Part shown: piece by piece, positions 51,501 to 63,730 of the stretch
How the letters are laid out: each line of letters begins with the position of its first letter
How positions within the stretch are numbered: position 1 is the first letter of the stretch
Source of the DNA: Isurus oxyrinchus
Lineage: Eukaryota
NCBI GenBank assembly: GCA_026770705.1
Contig: JANJGN010000008.1
Coordinates: forward strand, 18,972,001 to 19,036,000
Reading direction: 5' to 3'
Length of the DNA: 64,000 nucleotides
Program-made: the position numbers and the translations under genes
Notes under the pieces: generated by a model
Told to the model about the DNA's origin: nothing
Seen by the model: the letters and a program-made list of their open reading frames with translations, nothing else
Database searches by the model: none

Positions 51501-52500
51501 GTGATTGGAATCTGGAACGTGCTGCCTGAGGGGTTGGTAGAGGCGGGAACCCTCACAACATTTAAGAAGTATTTAGATGAACACTTGAAATGCCAAAACA
51601 TTCAGGGTTATGGGCCAAGTGCTGGAAAATGGGATCAGAATAGATAGGTGCTTGATGGCTGGCACGGACACGATGGGCTGAAGGGCCTGTTTCTGAGCTG
51701 TATAACTCTATGTCTCTATGACTCAAGTGCCACTTGATAGCACTGTTGATGACCCCTTCCATTACTTTACTGATGAACGAGAGTAGACTGACGGGGTGGT
51801 AATTGGCTGGGTTCGATTTGTCCTGCTTTTTGTGTACAGGACGTACTTGGGCAATTTTCCACATAGCCAGGTAAATGCAAATGTTGTAGCTGTACTGGAA
51901 CAGATTGACTAGGGGTTTGGAAAGTTCTGAAGCACATGTCTTCAGTACTATTGCCAGAATATTACTTGTAGCTTTTGCAGTATCCAGTGCCTTCAGCCGT
52001 TTCTTGATATCACGTGGAGTGAATCGATTTGGCTGAAGACTGGCATCTGTGATGCTGGAGACCTTTGTAGCAGGCTGAGATGGATCATCCACTTAGCTCT
52101 TTTGGCTGAAGATTGTAGCAAATGCTTCAGATTTATCTTTTGCACTGCTATCCTTGGCTCCCCCATCATTGAGGATGGGAATATTTGTGGAGTCTCCTCC
52201 TCCAGTAAGTTGTTTAATTGTCCACCACCATTCACGACTGGATGTGGCAGGACTGCAGAGCTTAGACCTGACCTATTGGATGTGGGTTCGCTTAGCTCCG
52301 TCTGTCACTTGCTGCTTATGCTGATTGGCATGCAAGTCATCCTGAATTGTAGCTTCACCAGGTTGACACCTCATTTTTGGTTATGCCTGTTGCTGCTTCT
52401 GGTATGCTCTACTGCACTCTGCATTGAACCAGGATTGATCCCCTGACTTGCTGGTAGTGATAGAGTGGGGATATGCAGGGCCATGAGGTTACCGCTGGAG
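48515..52500 (-). mobile_element. CR1-related LINE (second family) interrupted by a + strand CR1
   Basis: MFADVCT...IQQDLDNIQAC, KKQDKSNPANYHPVSLLS. The two halves join as gttattgctaag|caagtgccacttgatagc. Confidence 0.8.
49727..51722 (+). mobile_element. CR1 LINE, 5'-truncated
   Basis: LTNLIEFFEEVT, YMDFSKAFEKVPH, LEYCVQFWSPHY, plus a tctatg tail. Confidence 0.9.
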
Positions 52501-52719
52501 TCAATGGAGTTTTGATCAGGTTGCCACATTTTTCAGCCTCATCCCTGTCACAATGAGGCCATTAAATTCCTACCCCACCCTCCACCCACCGTTACAAGAT
52601 AAAGGGAGTGTAGACCCAACTTATCTGTATCCTGCACCAATTTCTCTCCCACCAGCCCATGTTCACACTGATAATCCTCCTCACAAGGTGGATTGGGAGC
52701 CTTTATTTTCAGTAACATG

Positions 52720-53298
52720 AGGCAGAATTTTTCCCCCTTCGGGGGGGAAGTTGATAGGCAGGTGCGGGCAGGCGCGATTCCGATCAGCGCCTCCGATCGG
52801 AGGTGTGGTGCCATTTTAAGTGGGCGTGCCAGTTAAGGCCCGCCCAGCATGAAATCTGCAGGGAAGAGTTATGCACTCCCTGTGCGAGCAGGGGGCGGGG
52901 GTGTGTGGGGGGGTGGTGTCTCAAAATCGAGAGTGTGCTCTTTCGCCTAGCCTCACGGAGATTGCCCCTAATTTCAAAAACATTAAAAATAGAAAGAAAA
53001 GAAATGTCACATGAGTTGGGACATGTTCATAATTTACAAAAAAACTTCTTTTAAATTTTAAAAACCCGACATGAAACCTCATCCCGCTCATTTTTTCTAG
53101 TTCCCGCCGGAGCTCCCAGCCTGCCCGCCATCCTTAAGGTTGGACAGGCAGGTCGATTAGTTACTTTAATTGATCTGTCAATGGCCTCAATTGGCCATTG
53201 ACAGGTCGACGGGCCCACAGCTGATTTTGCTGCGCCCTCGCCTTCCTGAAAATTTAAATGGGCCTCTTTCCCTGCTCGCCGACGGTAAAATCCTAACC
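52720..53298. mobile_element. Harbinger-type MITE
   Basis: aggcagaatttt 5' terminus and partial family hairpins. Confidence 0.7.
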
Positions 53299-53549
53299 TT
53301 GGAATTAAACATGTCCTCACTTCTTAATCTGACTTTTTTTTGTCGTGGTGATACATATTCAGATAACCCTCCTAACAGATGCACTGAATGTATAATGGAA
53401 TTGTGATGTTTTCCTCAGCAATAGTGAGTGAAATGACAGCAACATGATCAGCTGAATATAAAAACATGACTGTAATAAAACAGCAATATTAATCATTGCA
53501 AGCACTGGATGAAGGAACTGTGGTTTGTCATTATTCCTCTTTCTAACAG

Positions 53550-53888
53550 GAAATCCAAATCATGTTTACTTTTTGCATGAGGGAGATGATATTTTGTTAA
53601 AAGGACCAGACAACCCTGGAGATGGTCCTGTTGTCTGGACGTGGAAACCACACTCAGGGCAAGAAACCCAACAGCTGGTTACTTTTCGCAAAATGTGGCC
53701 GGACCAGTGGGATGCAGAATGGAGCGAGTACTATAGAGACAGCGATTTTTATTATCAGATAAAAGAGGATTATGGTACAAATCTGAAAATTAGAAGACCC
53801 ACATTTAAACTGGCAGGATTATTCATCTTGATTCAAACCCAGCTGAACAATAAAATCCTCAAATGGTACGAAATATTTGGGATCAAAG
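53550..53888 (+). CDS. Gene B exon: Ig V-like domain D1 (cysteine-free)
   Basis: ctctttctaacag|GA ... AAAG|gtgagt. NPNHVYFLHEGDDILLKGPDNPGDGPVVWTWKPHSGQ...NLKIRRPTFKLAGLFILIQTQLNNKILKWYEIFGIK, roughly half identical to gene A D1 by manual alignment. Confidence 0.9.
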
Positions 53889-54094
53889 GTGAGTGGAAAC
53901 AACGTCCAGCAATAAAATGCTTCTCTGTAAAAAGGTTTCCTGGTAATCCCGTGAGGAGCAAGTGAAGATTATATCCCCTAGTGCAGAGTACATCTCTTAT
54001 TAAAACAATCAGAGGTAAGAAGGTGTGTTGGAAACATGTTGCCATCGTATAAGTCCTTAAAAATGTATCAGTTTTAATCTGTTCTCTATGTTCT

Positions 54095-54290
54095 AGGATC
54101 TCAAACCCTAGACTAAGATCGTGGTTTACCAGGCAGCAGTGATGCCCTTGTTTCTATATTCAAAGACTTGGACACCCTACAGCAGACACCTCAAAGTACG
54201 GGAGAAGCTCCACCATCAATGCCTTGTCAAGATCCTCCAAATCCATTGGCAAGAAAGGTGGTCCAACAGCTGTGTCCTCTCCCAAGCCAG
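54095..54290 (+). mobile_element. RTE-type LINE fragment
   Basis: KIVVYQAAVMPLFLY...TWTPYSRHLK...ILQIHWQER. Confidence 0.6.
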
Positions 54291-54755
54291 CAATAAAATG
54301 GTTCTCTGTAAATTTCATTGTAATAATGAGACTGAGAGGATCAAGTGAAGTTTATATCACCCAGTGTTCACTATTTCTCCTGAAACGTTCATCATGATTA
54401 ATGCATTTTGATAATTTTATCAGATTCTAGTAAACTGAGTGTTATGTTGTTATTTGTTTGTAAATAAATAGGAACTAATTATTGTGGGAATGTACACCCG
54501 GGGTGACACATTTTACTGCTGCACTGCAGTCATGTGCTGAGCGATAATGCATCAGTCCACCAGCCACATGGAGAGCTGAAAGAAATACGCCAGAGGAAGA
54601 TCCGGTGTTTAGAGTCTAAATTGTGATTATTTTTACTTATGGGAATTAGGAGATATAACGTGGTGGAAGCGGGTTTACTGTGAGTAAAAACTCAAACATT
54701 TTAAATGAATTTAATTAGCTGAAAGATCAACGTGAATTACTGCCAGGGAGAGAAG

Positions 54756-55386
54756 GGGAGGATTTTCTCCCCGTCGGGCAGGCTGGCTGGGAGTGGGCGC
54801 GGGTGGGTGCGCAGCCGATTTTAGCCAGCAGGACATGCGCCTGGAAGTGCTCAGCGTTACCTGTGCAGGTGGGTGGGGGAGGGAGAATCGGGGCCTGCGC
54901 TCTTTTGTGCATGTGCGTGTGAAAGGGCGCAGAAATCTCCCTGACGCACGGAGCTGCCTCAACGATATGAATTTGATTTTTAAAACCTGAAAAAATGAAT
55001 TTAAAAAATTATTCAGACATGTCCCCTCATGTGACAGTGTCACATGAACTGGGACATATCAATGAATTTTATTAAAAGTTTTTATTACAGTAATAAACCC
55101 TTCATGAAACCTCATCCCGCCTGCGGTTGAGGTTCCATGAAAAATGCAAAGCCCGCCTGGGCACTTTGCCTGCCCGCCAAGGTTGGACGGGCAGCCCTGT
55201 CAACCACTTCAATGTGTGGATAAATGACCTTAATAGACCTTTGACAGTTTGGCGGGTGCGCATCTGACTCAGGCACGTGCCCGCCGAACTGAAGATCAGA
55301 ACAATGCACACGCAACGTCACCACCTGTCATTTTACACGTCGGTGAACGGGGTCCACCCCTGCATGCCGACCAGGAGATACAGGCC
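54756..55386. mobile_element. Harbinger-type MITE
   Basis: ggggaggatttt terminus, hairpin at 55015-55060. Confidence 0.7.
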
Positions 55387-55756
55387 ACAGAAAAATTAAG
55401 TTGACACAGCTGCAGCAATGTACTTAAAGCTCCAACCCAGGGTGAACTGAAAGGCTGATGATGTTGTACCAGCATTTGAGAAGATTAAACAAAAGTGCGA
55501 AATGACATTTAGTAACTTCCCAAAAAGATAGTGAAGAGGAAAGGGTTACTGACCAGCCTCATCCTTTTGTGGAGAGGAGGGAAAGGGTTATATTTATTTA
55601 AAAGCTGTGGGCTGAGTGAAGCCAACAGCAGAAACTCAGACAAACTTTTTGCAAAGTTCAGCCTACATCTCTAGCCAGCTGAAGTCAAATCATCAGAACT
55701 ACCGATGTGAATTTCAAGGACTGAGGCAGGAATCAGGTGAGCCTGTTGATGAGGCT

Positions 55757-56290
55757 GTAATGAGGTTTAGAGTCCAGTGTTCCTGGTGGAAACCATACCA
55801 AGCATCAGGCAGCAGGTTATAGCTGAGTAAGTGTGGCTTGAAAGCACTGTTGACAACACCTTCTGTTACTTTGCTGATGATTGAGAGTTGAGTGATGAGG
55901 TGGTAGTTGGCTGGATTGGATTCGTTGTGCTTTTAATGAAGATGAGTTACCTGGGCAACTTTCCAAATTTTGGGGTATATGCCAGGTTTGTAGCAGCTGG
56001 AACAGCTGGACTAGAGGCATAGCTATTTCTAGAGCACAAGTCTTCAGCACTAAAGATGGGATTTTTTCCAGGGTACATAGTTTCTGCTGTATCCAGTGCC
56101 TTCAGCTGTTTCTGGATATCACATGGAGTAAAATGAATGGTGTGAAGACTAGCATCTGTGATGGTGGGGACCTCAGGAGGAGGCCGAGATGGATGATCCA
56201 TTCAGCACTTCTGGCTGTAGATGGATGTAAATGCTTCAGCCTTGTGTTTTACTCTGACATCCTGAGAGTCACTGGAAGTCGAGGTGGGGA
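55757..56290 (-). mobile_element. CR1-related LINE fragment
   Basis: MDHPSRPPPEVPTITDASL...QLKALDTA, homologous to 51562-52092. Confidence 0.75.
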
Positions 56291-56439
56291 TTTTGGACAA
56301 ATCTTTCCTGAAATACCATTCCTCATGGATGCTCAATTGGATCCCTGTGCTGAAGTGTTTTGGGAGCTTACTAATTTCAATGAATTCTGGGGCTGTTATG
56401 AGTTCTGATGTGGGTTTTATGCACAGGCTTCAAGCGCCT

Positions 56440-57200
56440 CCTCCTCCTCCTTCTTCTTCTTCTTCTTAGGCAGCCTCTGCCACATGTGGGGCCAGTGGTG
56501 CTCGGAGAGGTGGGTAGAGGAGGTGTTGGCAGTGTTGTGCTCTCTGTCCGGCACCTCAAATTTGCCTCTGCGTGTGTTCCTGATGAAGTTTCTCCATGTG
56601 TTCAGCCCCAATAAGCCTTCTCCATTTTAATCAGACACATGCCAGGGACTCCCATGAGTCTGCGGGGATGTTTGATCTCCTCAGGGATCTTTGAGGACAT
56701 CACCGAAACATTTCTGCTGTCCTCCTGGGGGTCTCCTGCCAGGACTAATTTCTGAGTAGAGCAGTTGCTTTGGAGGTCTGCTCTCAGGCATATGAACAAT
56801 ATGCCCTGCCCAGGATAACTGGTTTTGAGAGATTAGCAGCTTGGTGCTGGGCAAGTTGGCTTGGGAGAGGGTGCTGCTGTTGGACCACCTTTTTGCCACT
56901 GGATTTGGAGGATCTTGTGATGGCATCGCTAATGATATTTCTGCAGTGCTTTGAAGTGCTTGCTGTAAGTCCAAGGGCAGAATCTTACAACTGCATTGTG
57001 GCAAGCGCAGGGCTGTAAAATGTGGCCAGCCTTTCAAAAGCCCATAGACTTCAGCGGGACCATAAAATCCCACCATCGTAAAATTCCGCCCCATTTCCCT
57101 GAAGTATAAAGGACAACAAGGATCATTGCTGCCCAGTTAACGATGACCTTAGTCCTGGATTTGAGATCCTGGTCCTCAGACTCTTTTCCTCAGCTTGTTT
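56440..57200 (-). mobile_element. RTE-type LINE 3' fragment
   Basis: QLSWAGHIVHMPESRPPKQLLYSEI...PGGQQKCFGDVLK. Confidence 0.75.
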
Positions 57201-57625
57201 GCAATGCATGTGTTGAGTGGTCTTATTGAAATGTTCTATGCACATTAAGAACGGGTACTTTTTCATGACTTATACCATTGGCATCACACCCTCTTCTACT
57301 GAATGACCGTTACATGTCCACTGCAGTGTGGGCTTCCACAATTACCACCCAACTATCACATTTTGACCTGAGTTCAGATTCTCCAGTTGGTTAATAGATT
57401 GTGGTCAGCAGGCTTGCTCTGCCTCACTGACACTGACGGAGCAGAACCCAAAATGTTCAGGCCCATATTATTCTGCTGTTCAAAGACACGTGTGCGTAAT
57501 GTGGTCTAACTCCTTAATGCAGCAAGAAGCACCTGCTGATAATGGGTGGAGGCACAGTTAGAACCTAATCATTGGATTTTACCTGCCATTATTTACAATA
57601 AATCTAATCGATCTGTCTTTCACAG

Positions 57626-57895
57626 TTGAGACAAGTCCAAAGCGGCCTCAGTTGGGCAGTGACATCGTTCTCAGCTGTACCATCTCCAGACTCTCAGATA
57701 CAGTCAGTCTTCGCTGGAAACAGGGAGACTCATCTCAGCAGAAAGGGAGGAAAACTGATCCGATCCGACTAAATAACACAGCCTATCTGATAGTCAAACA
57801 TGTTACAGCAGAGGATTGGAACTTGTATGAGTGTGAAGTGAAGGAAAATGGATCCATTATGTTCACAGAAAATGCCAATATTCATGTGGGCAGAA
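57626..57895 (+). CDS. Gene B exon: Ig C2-type domain D2
   Basis: tctgtctttcacag|TT ... AGAA|gtaagt. VETSPKRPQLGSDIVLSCTISRLSDTVSLRWKQ...NLYECEVKENGS, both Cys present, about 60% identical to gene A D2 by manual alignment. Confidence 0.92.
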
Positions 57896-58134
57896 GTAAG
57901 TGCAGTTTCCTCACAGTGGATATTAAGCGGTTACTGATATCAATCTGTTAAATGTGAAGTCGATTCATACATGTCAGTCATGAATACGTCACGTTTCCAG
58001 TCAGCATGTGGTGATCTGCTGCTCAAATCAACATTGAACAAAAAAACTAACATTCGTGCCACTGCTAACCAAGATCAGCTGCTATTTGAAGTGACTACAG
58101 CTGATGCGCTCTTTCGACTTCCAATAAACATTGG

Positions 58135-59041
58135 GACGTTGGGGAGGATTGGTCCCCCCATTGGGCAGGCATGGTGGGTGGGCCTGGGAGCTACCGCGAA
58201 TTGGTCTGTTGCTCCTAATGAGGCCTCGACCGCGCCTTCACACTGGCTGGCCAATTAACGGCCGGCCAGCATGAACCACACACTGAAACGCTCAGCACTG
58301 CCTGGACGGCAGGAGGGTGGGTAGGAGGGCGAGCGCAGAAGTTTGCGCATGCGCGGGGGGATGCGTTCACAGAAAGGTCTCCGAAGGCACAGAGCTGCCT
58401 CAGGGAGCTGAAGATGTTCCACGTTAAAAATAAAGCTTTAAAAGAACAGGGAAAAAAATGTCCTTTTGCGTGACTTTGATTGGGGATCAAAGGTTACAGG
58501 GAGAAGGCGGGAGAATGGGGTTGAGAAACTTATCAGCCATGATTGAATGGCGGAGCAGACTCGATGGGCCGAATGGCCTAATTTCTGCTCCTACGTCTCG
58601 TGGTCTTATGGACTCTGTCACATCAGCAGGAACATGTTGCAAATGAGATCTGAAAACTTTTATTTTGTTTTTAACTAACATCGGAAACCTCAATCCCGCC
58701 CGTGGATGAGGTTTCTTCAAAAATGGAAATTGTGGCTTGACTTGTTCACCCACCCGCCAACCGTAAGGTTGGAGAGGGTGGGAAAAATTCTATTTAGTTG
58801 ATTGGTTGATGGGCTTAACCGCCCTCTTAATTGTCAGCAGGCACGCTGCCCACTCCAGCGCGTGCCTGCCCACCGAAATATCGGTCAAGTGCGCAATGAC
58901 TTTGGGACACTCACCCAACATCATCGCGTGCTAATTCATACTCGGGCCTGTCAGGCATATGCCGACATGCCAAGGTGAATATTCAGCCCATTGAGTTAGA
59001 AGCAGAGCCGTCCCCTGCTTGCCGATGGAAAAATTCAGCCC
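58135..59041. mobile_element. Harbinger-type MITE with an internal CR1 3' fragment (~58475-58612)
   Basis: Family motifs (cctcaatcccgcccgtggatgagg) and an aaaattcagccc terminus. Confidence 0.65.
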
Positions 59042-60269
59042 AATATTTCAGAGACCTGAGGGAATGCTCTGGGGAGTGGGGTTCGAATCCCACTAGAGCA
59101 GATAGCGAAATTATGAATCCAATAAAAATCTGGAATTGAAAGTCTCGTAATGACCATGAAACCATTGTCGATTGTTGTAAAAGCCCATCTGGTTCACTAA
59201 TGTCCTTTAGGGGAGGAAATCTTGTCTCTTTCACCTAGAATTGGCAAAATAAGGGCGGCATTTCAATATCAGTAGGTAGAAAATCTGAACTGCAGAATTT
59301 TTCATAAGTAGTTTTAAAAAATTCATTCATGGGTGGTAGGCGTTAGCGGCTGGACCAGTATTTATTGTCCACACACCCTAATTGCCCTTGAGAAGATGGT
59401 GGTGAGTCGCCTTCTTGTAGAAGCATGCTATGAGCTCAAACTAAATTGCCTCCGGTAACAGCATTTTATAGAAAGAAGAGAAGAATATTCCACAAATCGG
59501 AAAACAGAATTAATGAGTAAGTTCAGGGAGGTGATTGTAAACTTGAACAAAGTTCAGGTTTTCAGTCTGTTTGGAGACACAGCAAGAGCTGGAGAACTTC
59601 AGGGAGGGAGTTCCAGAGGTTAGGACTGAGGGAGCAGAAGGTTTTGCCACCAATTGTGGAATAGAGGGAGGGAACAGAGAGAGGATGACAGGGAATGTGA
59701 AAAGAGATCATCCCACAGGAAGTTTCAGAAGTAAATTGGGGTGAGGCCGTGGACTGATTTGTTGATGATGAGGAGGATTTTAAATTTGATATATTGAGGA
59801 ACAGGGAGCCAGTATTTTTGTTGTAACCAGGTGGGAATGTGTGAACTGGCTCCCCTGTATTCAGCCTCCTAGGTTAGTCACAACAAATGTTTACATTTCT
59901 TCTTCACAAGGATATGCCTTTTCCAAATCCAAATGCATTTAACTATTTAAACTCTGAGCAACAAAGAGCCAATCAAACGAAGTTTTCTTGAATTTGAGCA
60001 ACAAGGAGCCAATCAAACGAAGTTTTCTTGAATTAAAGGAGCAAAATTATTAACACCTAAAGCCAAAAAAAAACACGACATCAAGCATTCAGCCTTCATA
60101 NNNNNNNNNNNNNNNNNNNNNNNNNNNNNNNNNNNNNNNNNNNNNNNNNNNNNNNNNNNNNNNNNNNNNNNNNNNNNNNNNNNNNNNNNNNNNNNNNNNN
60201 NNNNNNNNNNNNNNNNNNNNNNNNNNNNNNNNNNNNNNNNNNNNNNNNNNNNNNNNNNNNNNNNNNNNN

Positions 60270-62906
60270 ACACAGACTCATGCACAAACACACACACAGA
60301 CACAGACACACACATAGAGATACTGACACACATAGACACACACACCTAGAGGCACAATCGCACACACACATAGGCACACACAGACACACACACAGACACA
60401 CACACACAGACAAAGAGACACAGGCACACAGACACAGATGCACACACAGGCACAGACTCAGACACAGAGATACTGATACACACAAACACACACATAGGCA
60501 CACACACGCAAACAGACACATACAGACAGATACACACACACAGACACAAACACACACACAGATATACGCACACGCGAACACAGACGCAGACAGATACACA
60601 CACACAGACACACAAACACACACACACTGTCATGAAGCTATTAATGTATATTATAGGAATTTTTTTTAAGAAATAAAGGTTTAGTCTATGGGTATGTCTT
60701 CATTGGATTAAAACAAGCTAGTCTGTGTGCTGTGAGGTATACCAGTTTTGCAACATAAGAGAGGTAGAGTGCATTTGCATTTTGTTGAATAGAGCATTTA
60801 AGAAGGTGGGGTGAAATCTGGCACCTAGCTAGCAGAGATCAAGCAATGTTTACATTACTAATAAAATTGGTACTATGAAAGGGGTTTTATTGTTAGAAGA
60901 GGTGAAGTTTTAAGAGGCTGGTGATACAATGAGAATTTACATTCAATGAGATATGCTGGGTATAACCTATAATAGTTTTGCGTGTGCAGGGCAGAGGCAA
61001 TGTAAGCTCAAAGCTTGTGAGCCTATTACTGTGTCTGCAAAGGAACAAAAGTGAAAGGAACCCCATTTTGAATATGTAAGATGAAAATGCTTTACCTGGT
61101 GACTGCTTAAAGTCTATGAGTTGCTGTTGTCTTAGGGGAAATTAGTTTGTGAATTTGTTAAAAGTTATGATAGTAGTAATTTGTAGCCATGTGTATATAT
61201 TTAACTTGTGTAAATTAATAAACGTCTCATGTAGTTTGATATAAAAACCTCTCACGAACTGGTGGTCTGAATCCTGAATTTAGAGCTGCATCTCAAACAC
61301 AACACTTAAAATATAGGTAATGACAGTTGTTTAAAGTTTCCCTCTATGATCTTTAAATAACTCAGCTTTACCTGGGCCATAACACATACACACACACACC
61401 CACACACACAGACACACACCCACACACAGAGGCACACATACATACACATACACACAGACAGACACNNNNNNNNNNNNNNNNNNNNNNNNNNNNNNNNNNN
61501 NNNNNNNNNNNNNNNNNNNNNNNNNNNNNNNNNNNNNNNNNNNNNNNNNNNNNNNNNNNNNNNNNNNNNNNNNNNNNNNNNNNNNNNNNNNNNNNNNNNN
61601 NNNNNNTACAAACACAGACACACAGCCACACACACAGACATGTGCACACATACACACACAGGCACATATGCACACACACACACACACACAGATCCATACA
61701 CACAGAGATTCATACACACACACTCAGGCACAGGCACAGACACACACAGATGGATACACACACACACACACAATGTCATGAAGCTATTAATGTATATTAT
61801 TGCAAAAACCACACAGAGACACACACACACACACACACACAGATCCACAGACACATACACACACATACAGGCACAGACACAGACACACAAACACAGATAC
61901 ACATACACACACACACTGTCATGAAGCTATTAATGTATATTTTTGCAAATATTTTTTTTAAAATAGAGGTTTCGTCTGTGGGTATGTCTTAATTGGATTA
62001 CAGCCAGCTAGTCTGTGTGCTTTGATGTATACTAGTTTTGTGATGTAAGAGAGACAGAGTGCATTTGCATTTTGTTGAACAGAGCATTTAAACGGGGGGG
62101 GGGGGGGGGGGTGAAATCTGGCACCTAGCTAGCAGAGATCAAACAATGTTTATATTACTAATAAAATTGGTACTATGCAAGGGGTTTTATTGTTAGAAGA
62201 GGCGAAGTTCAAAGAGACTGGTGATACAATGAGAATTTACATTCAATGAGATATGCTGGGTATAACCAATAGCAGTTTTGCATGTGCAGGGCAGAGGCAA
62301 TGTAAGCTCAAAGCTTGTGAGCCTATTACTGTGTCTGCAAAGGAACAAAAGTGAAAGGAACCTCATTTTGAATATGTAAGGTGAAAACGCTTTACTTGGT
62401 GTCTGCTTAAAGTCCATGAGTTGCTGTTGTCTTAGTAGAAATTAGTTTGTGAATTTGTTAAAAGTTATGACAGTAGTAATTTGTAGCCATGTGTATATAT
62501 TTAACTTATGTAAATTAATAAATGTCTCACGTAGCTTGATATAAAAACCGCTCGCGAACTGGTGGTCTGATTCCTGAATTTAGAGCTGCATCTCAAACCT
62601 AACACTTAAAATATAGGTTATGACAGTTGTTTAAAGTTTTCTTCTATGATTTTTAAGTAACACGGCCTTACCTGTGCCATAACACATACACACAGCTCAT
62701 AAACGCACACACACACACACACACATGGACACACACACACACACCCACACACACAGGTACATATACACACAGACAGACAGGCACACACCCACACACACAT
62801 GCACACACACAAACAGGCACAAACACAGACAGATACACACCCGCGCACACATGTACACACACATAAGCACACGTGCACATACACGTTTGATATAAAAACC
62901 ACGCAG

Positions 62907-62937
<31 letters not shown>

Positions 62938-63730
62938 TCCACAGACACATACACACACATACAGGCACAGGCACAGACACACAAACACAGATACACATAC
63001 ACACACACACTGTCATGAAGCTATTAATGTATATTATTGCAAATATATTTTTTAAAATTGAGGTTTTGTCTGTGGGTATGTCTTAATTGGATTAAAGCCA
63101 GCTAGTCTGTGTGCTTTGATGTATACTAGTTTTGTGATGTAAGAGAGACAGAGTGCATTTGCATTTTGTTGAACAGAGCATTTAAGAAGGGGGGTGAAAT
63201 CTGGCACCTAGCTAGCAGAGATCAAACAATGTTTATATTGCTAATAAAATTGGTATTATGCAAGGGGTTTTATTGTTAGAAGAGCTGAAGTTCAAAGAGA
63301 CTGGTGATACAATGAGAATTTACATTGAATGAGATGTGCTGAGTATAACCAATAGTAGTTTTGCATGTGCAGGGCAGAGGCAATGTAAGGTCAAAGCTTG
63401 TGAGCCTATTACTGTGTCTGCAAAGGAACAAAAGTGAAAGGAACCTCATTTTGAATATGTAAGGTGAAAACGCTTTACTTGGTGTCTGCTTAAAGTCTAT
63501 GAGTTGCTGTTGTCTTAGTGGAAATTAGTTTGTGAATTTGTTAAAAGTTATGAAAGTAGTATTTTGTAGCCATGTGTATATATTTAACTTATGTAAATTA
63601 ATAAATGTCTCATGTAGTTTGATATAAAAACCTCTCGAGACCTGGTGGTCTAAATCCTGAATTTAGAGTTGCTTCTTAAACATACCACTTAAAATATAGG
63701 TAATGACAGTTGTTTAAAGTTCCTCTTTCT
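60270..63730 (+). repeat. Tandem array of LTR copies (60628-61384, 61917-62684, 63011-~63726; fragment 61774-61806) separated by complex (CA)n tracts
   Basis: Each unit begins tgtcatgaagctattaatgtata, and two end gccataaca. Flanked and interrupted by N gaps. Confidence 0.9.

Noticed and set aside
60013-63086. Cys/Val- and His/Thr-rich ORFs
   Set aside because: Translations of (CA)n/(TG)n tracts and N gaps.
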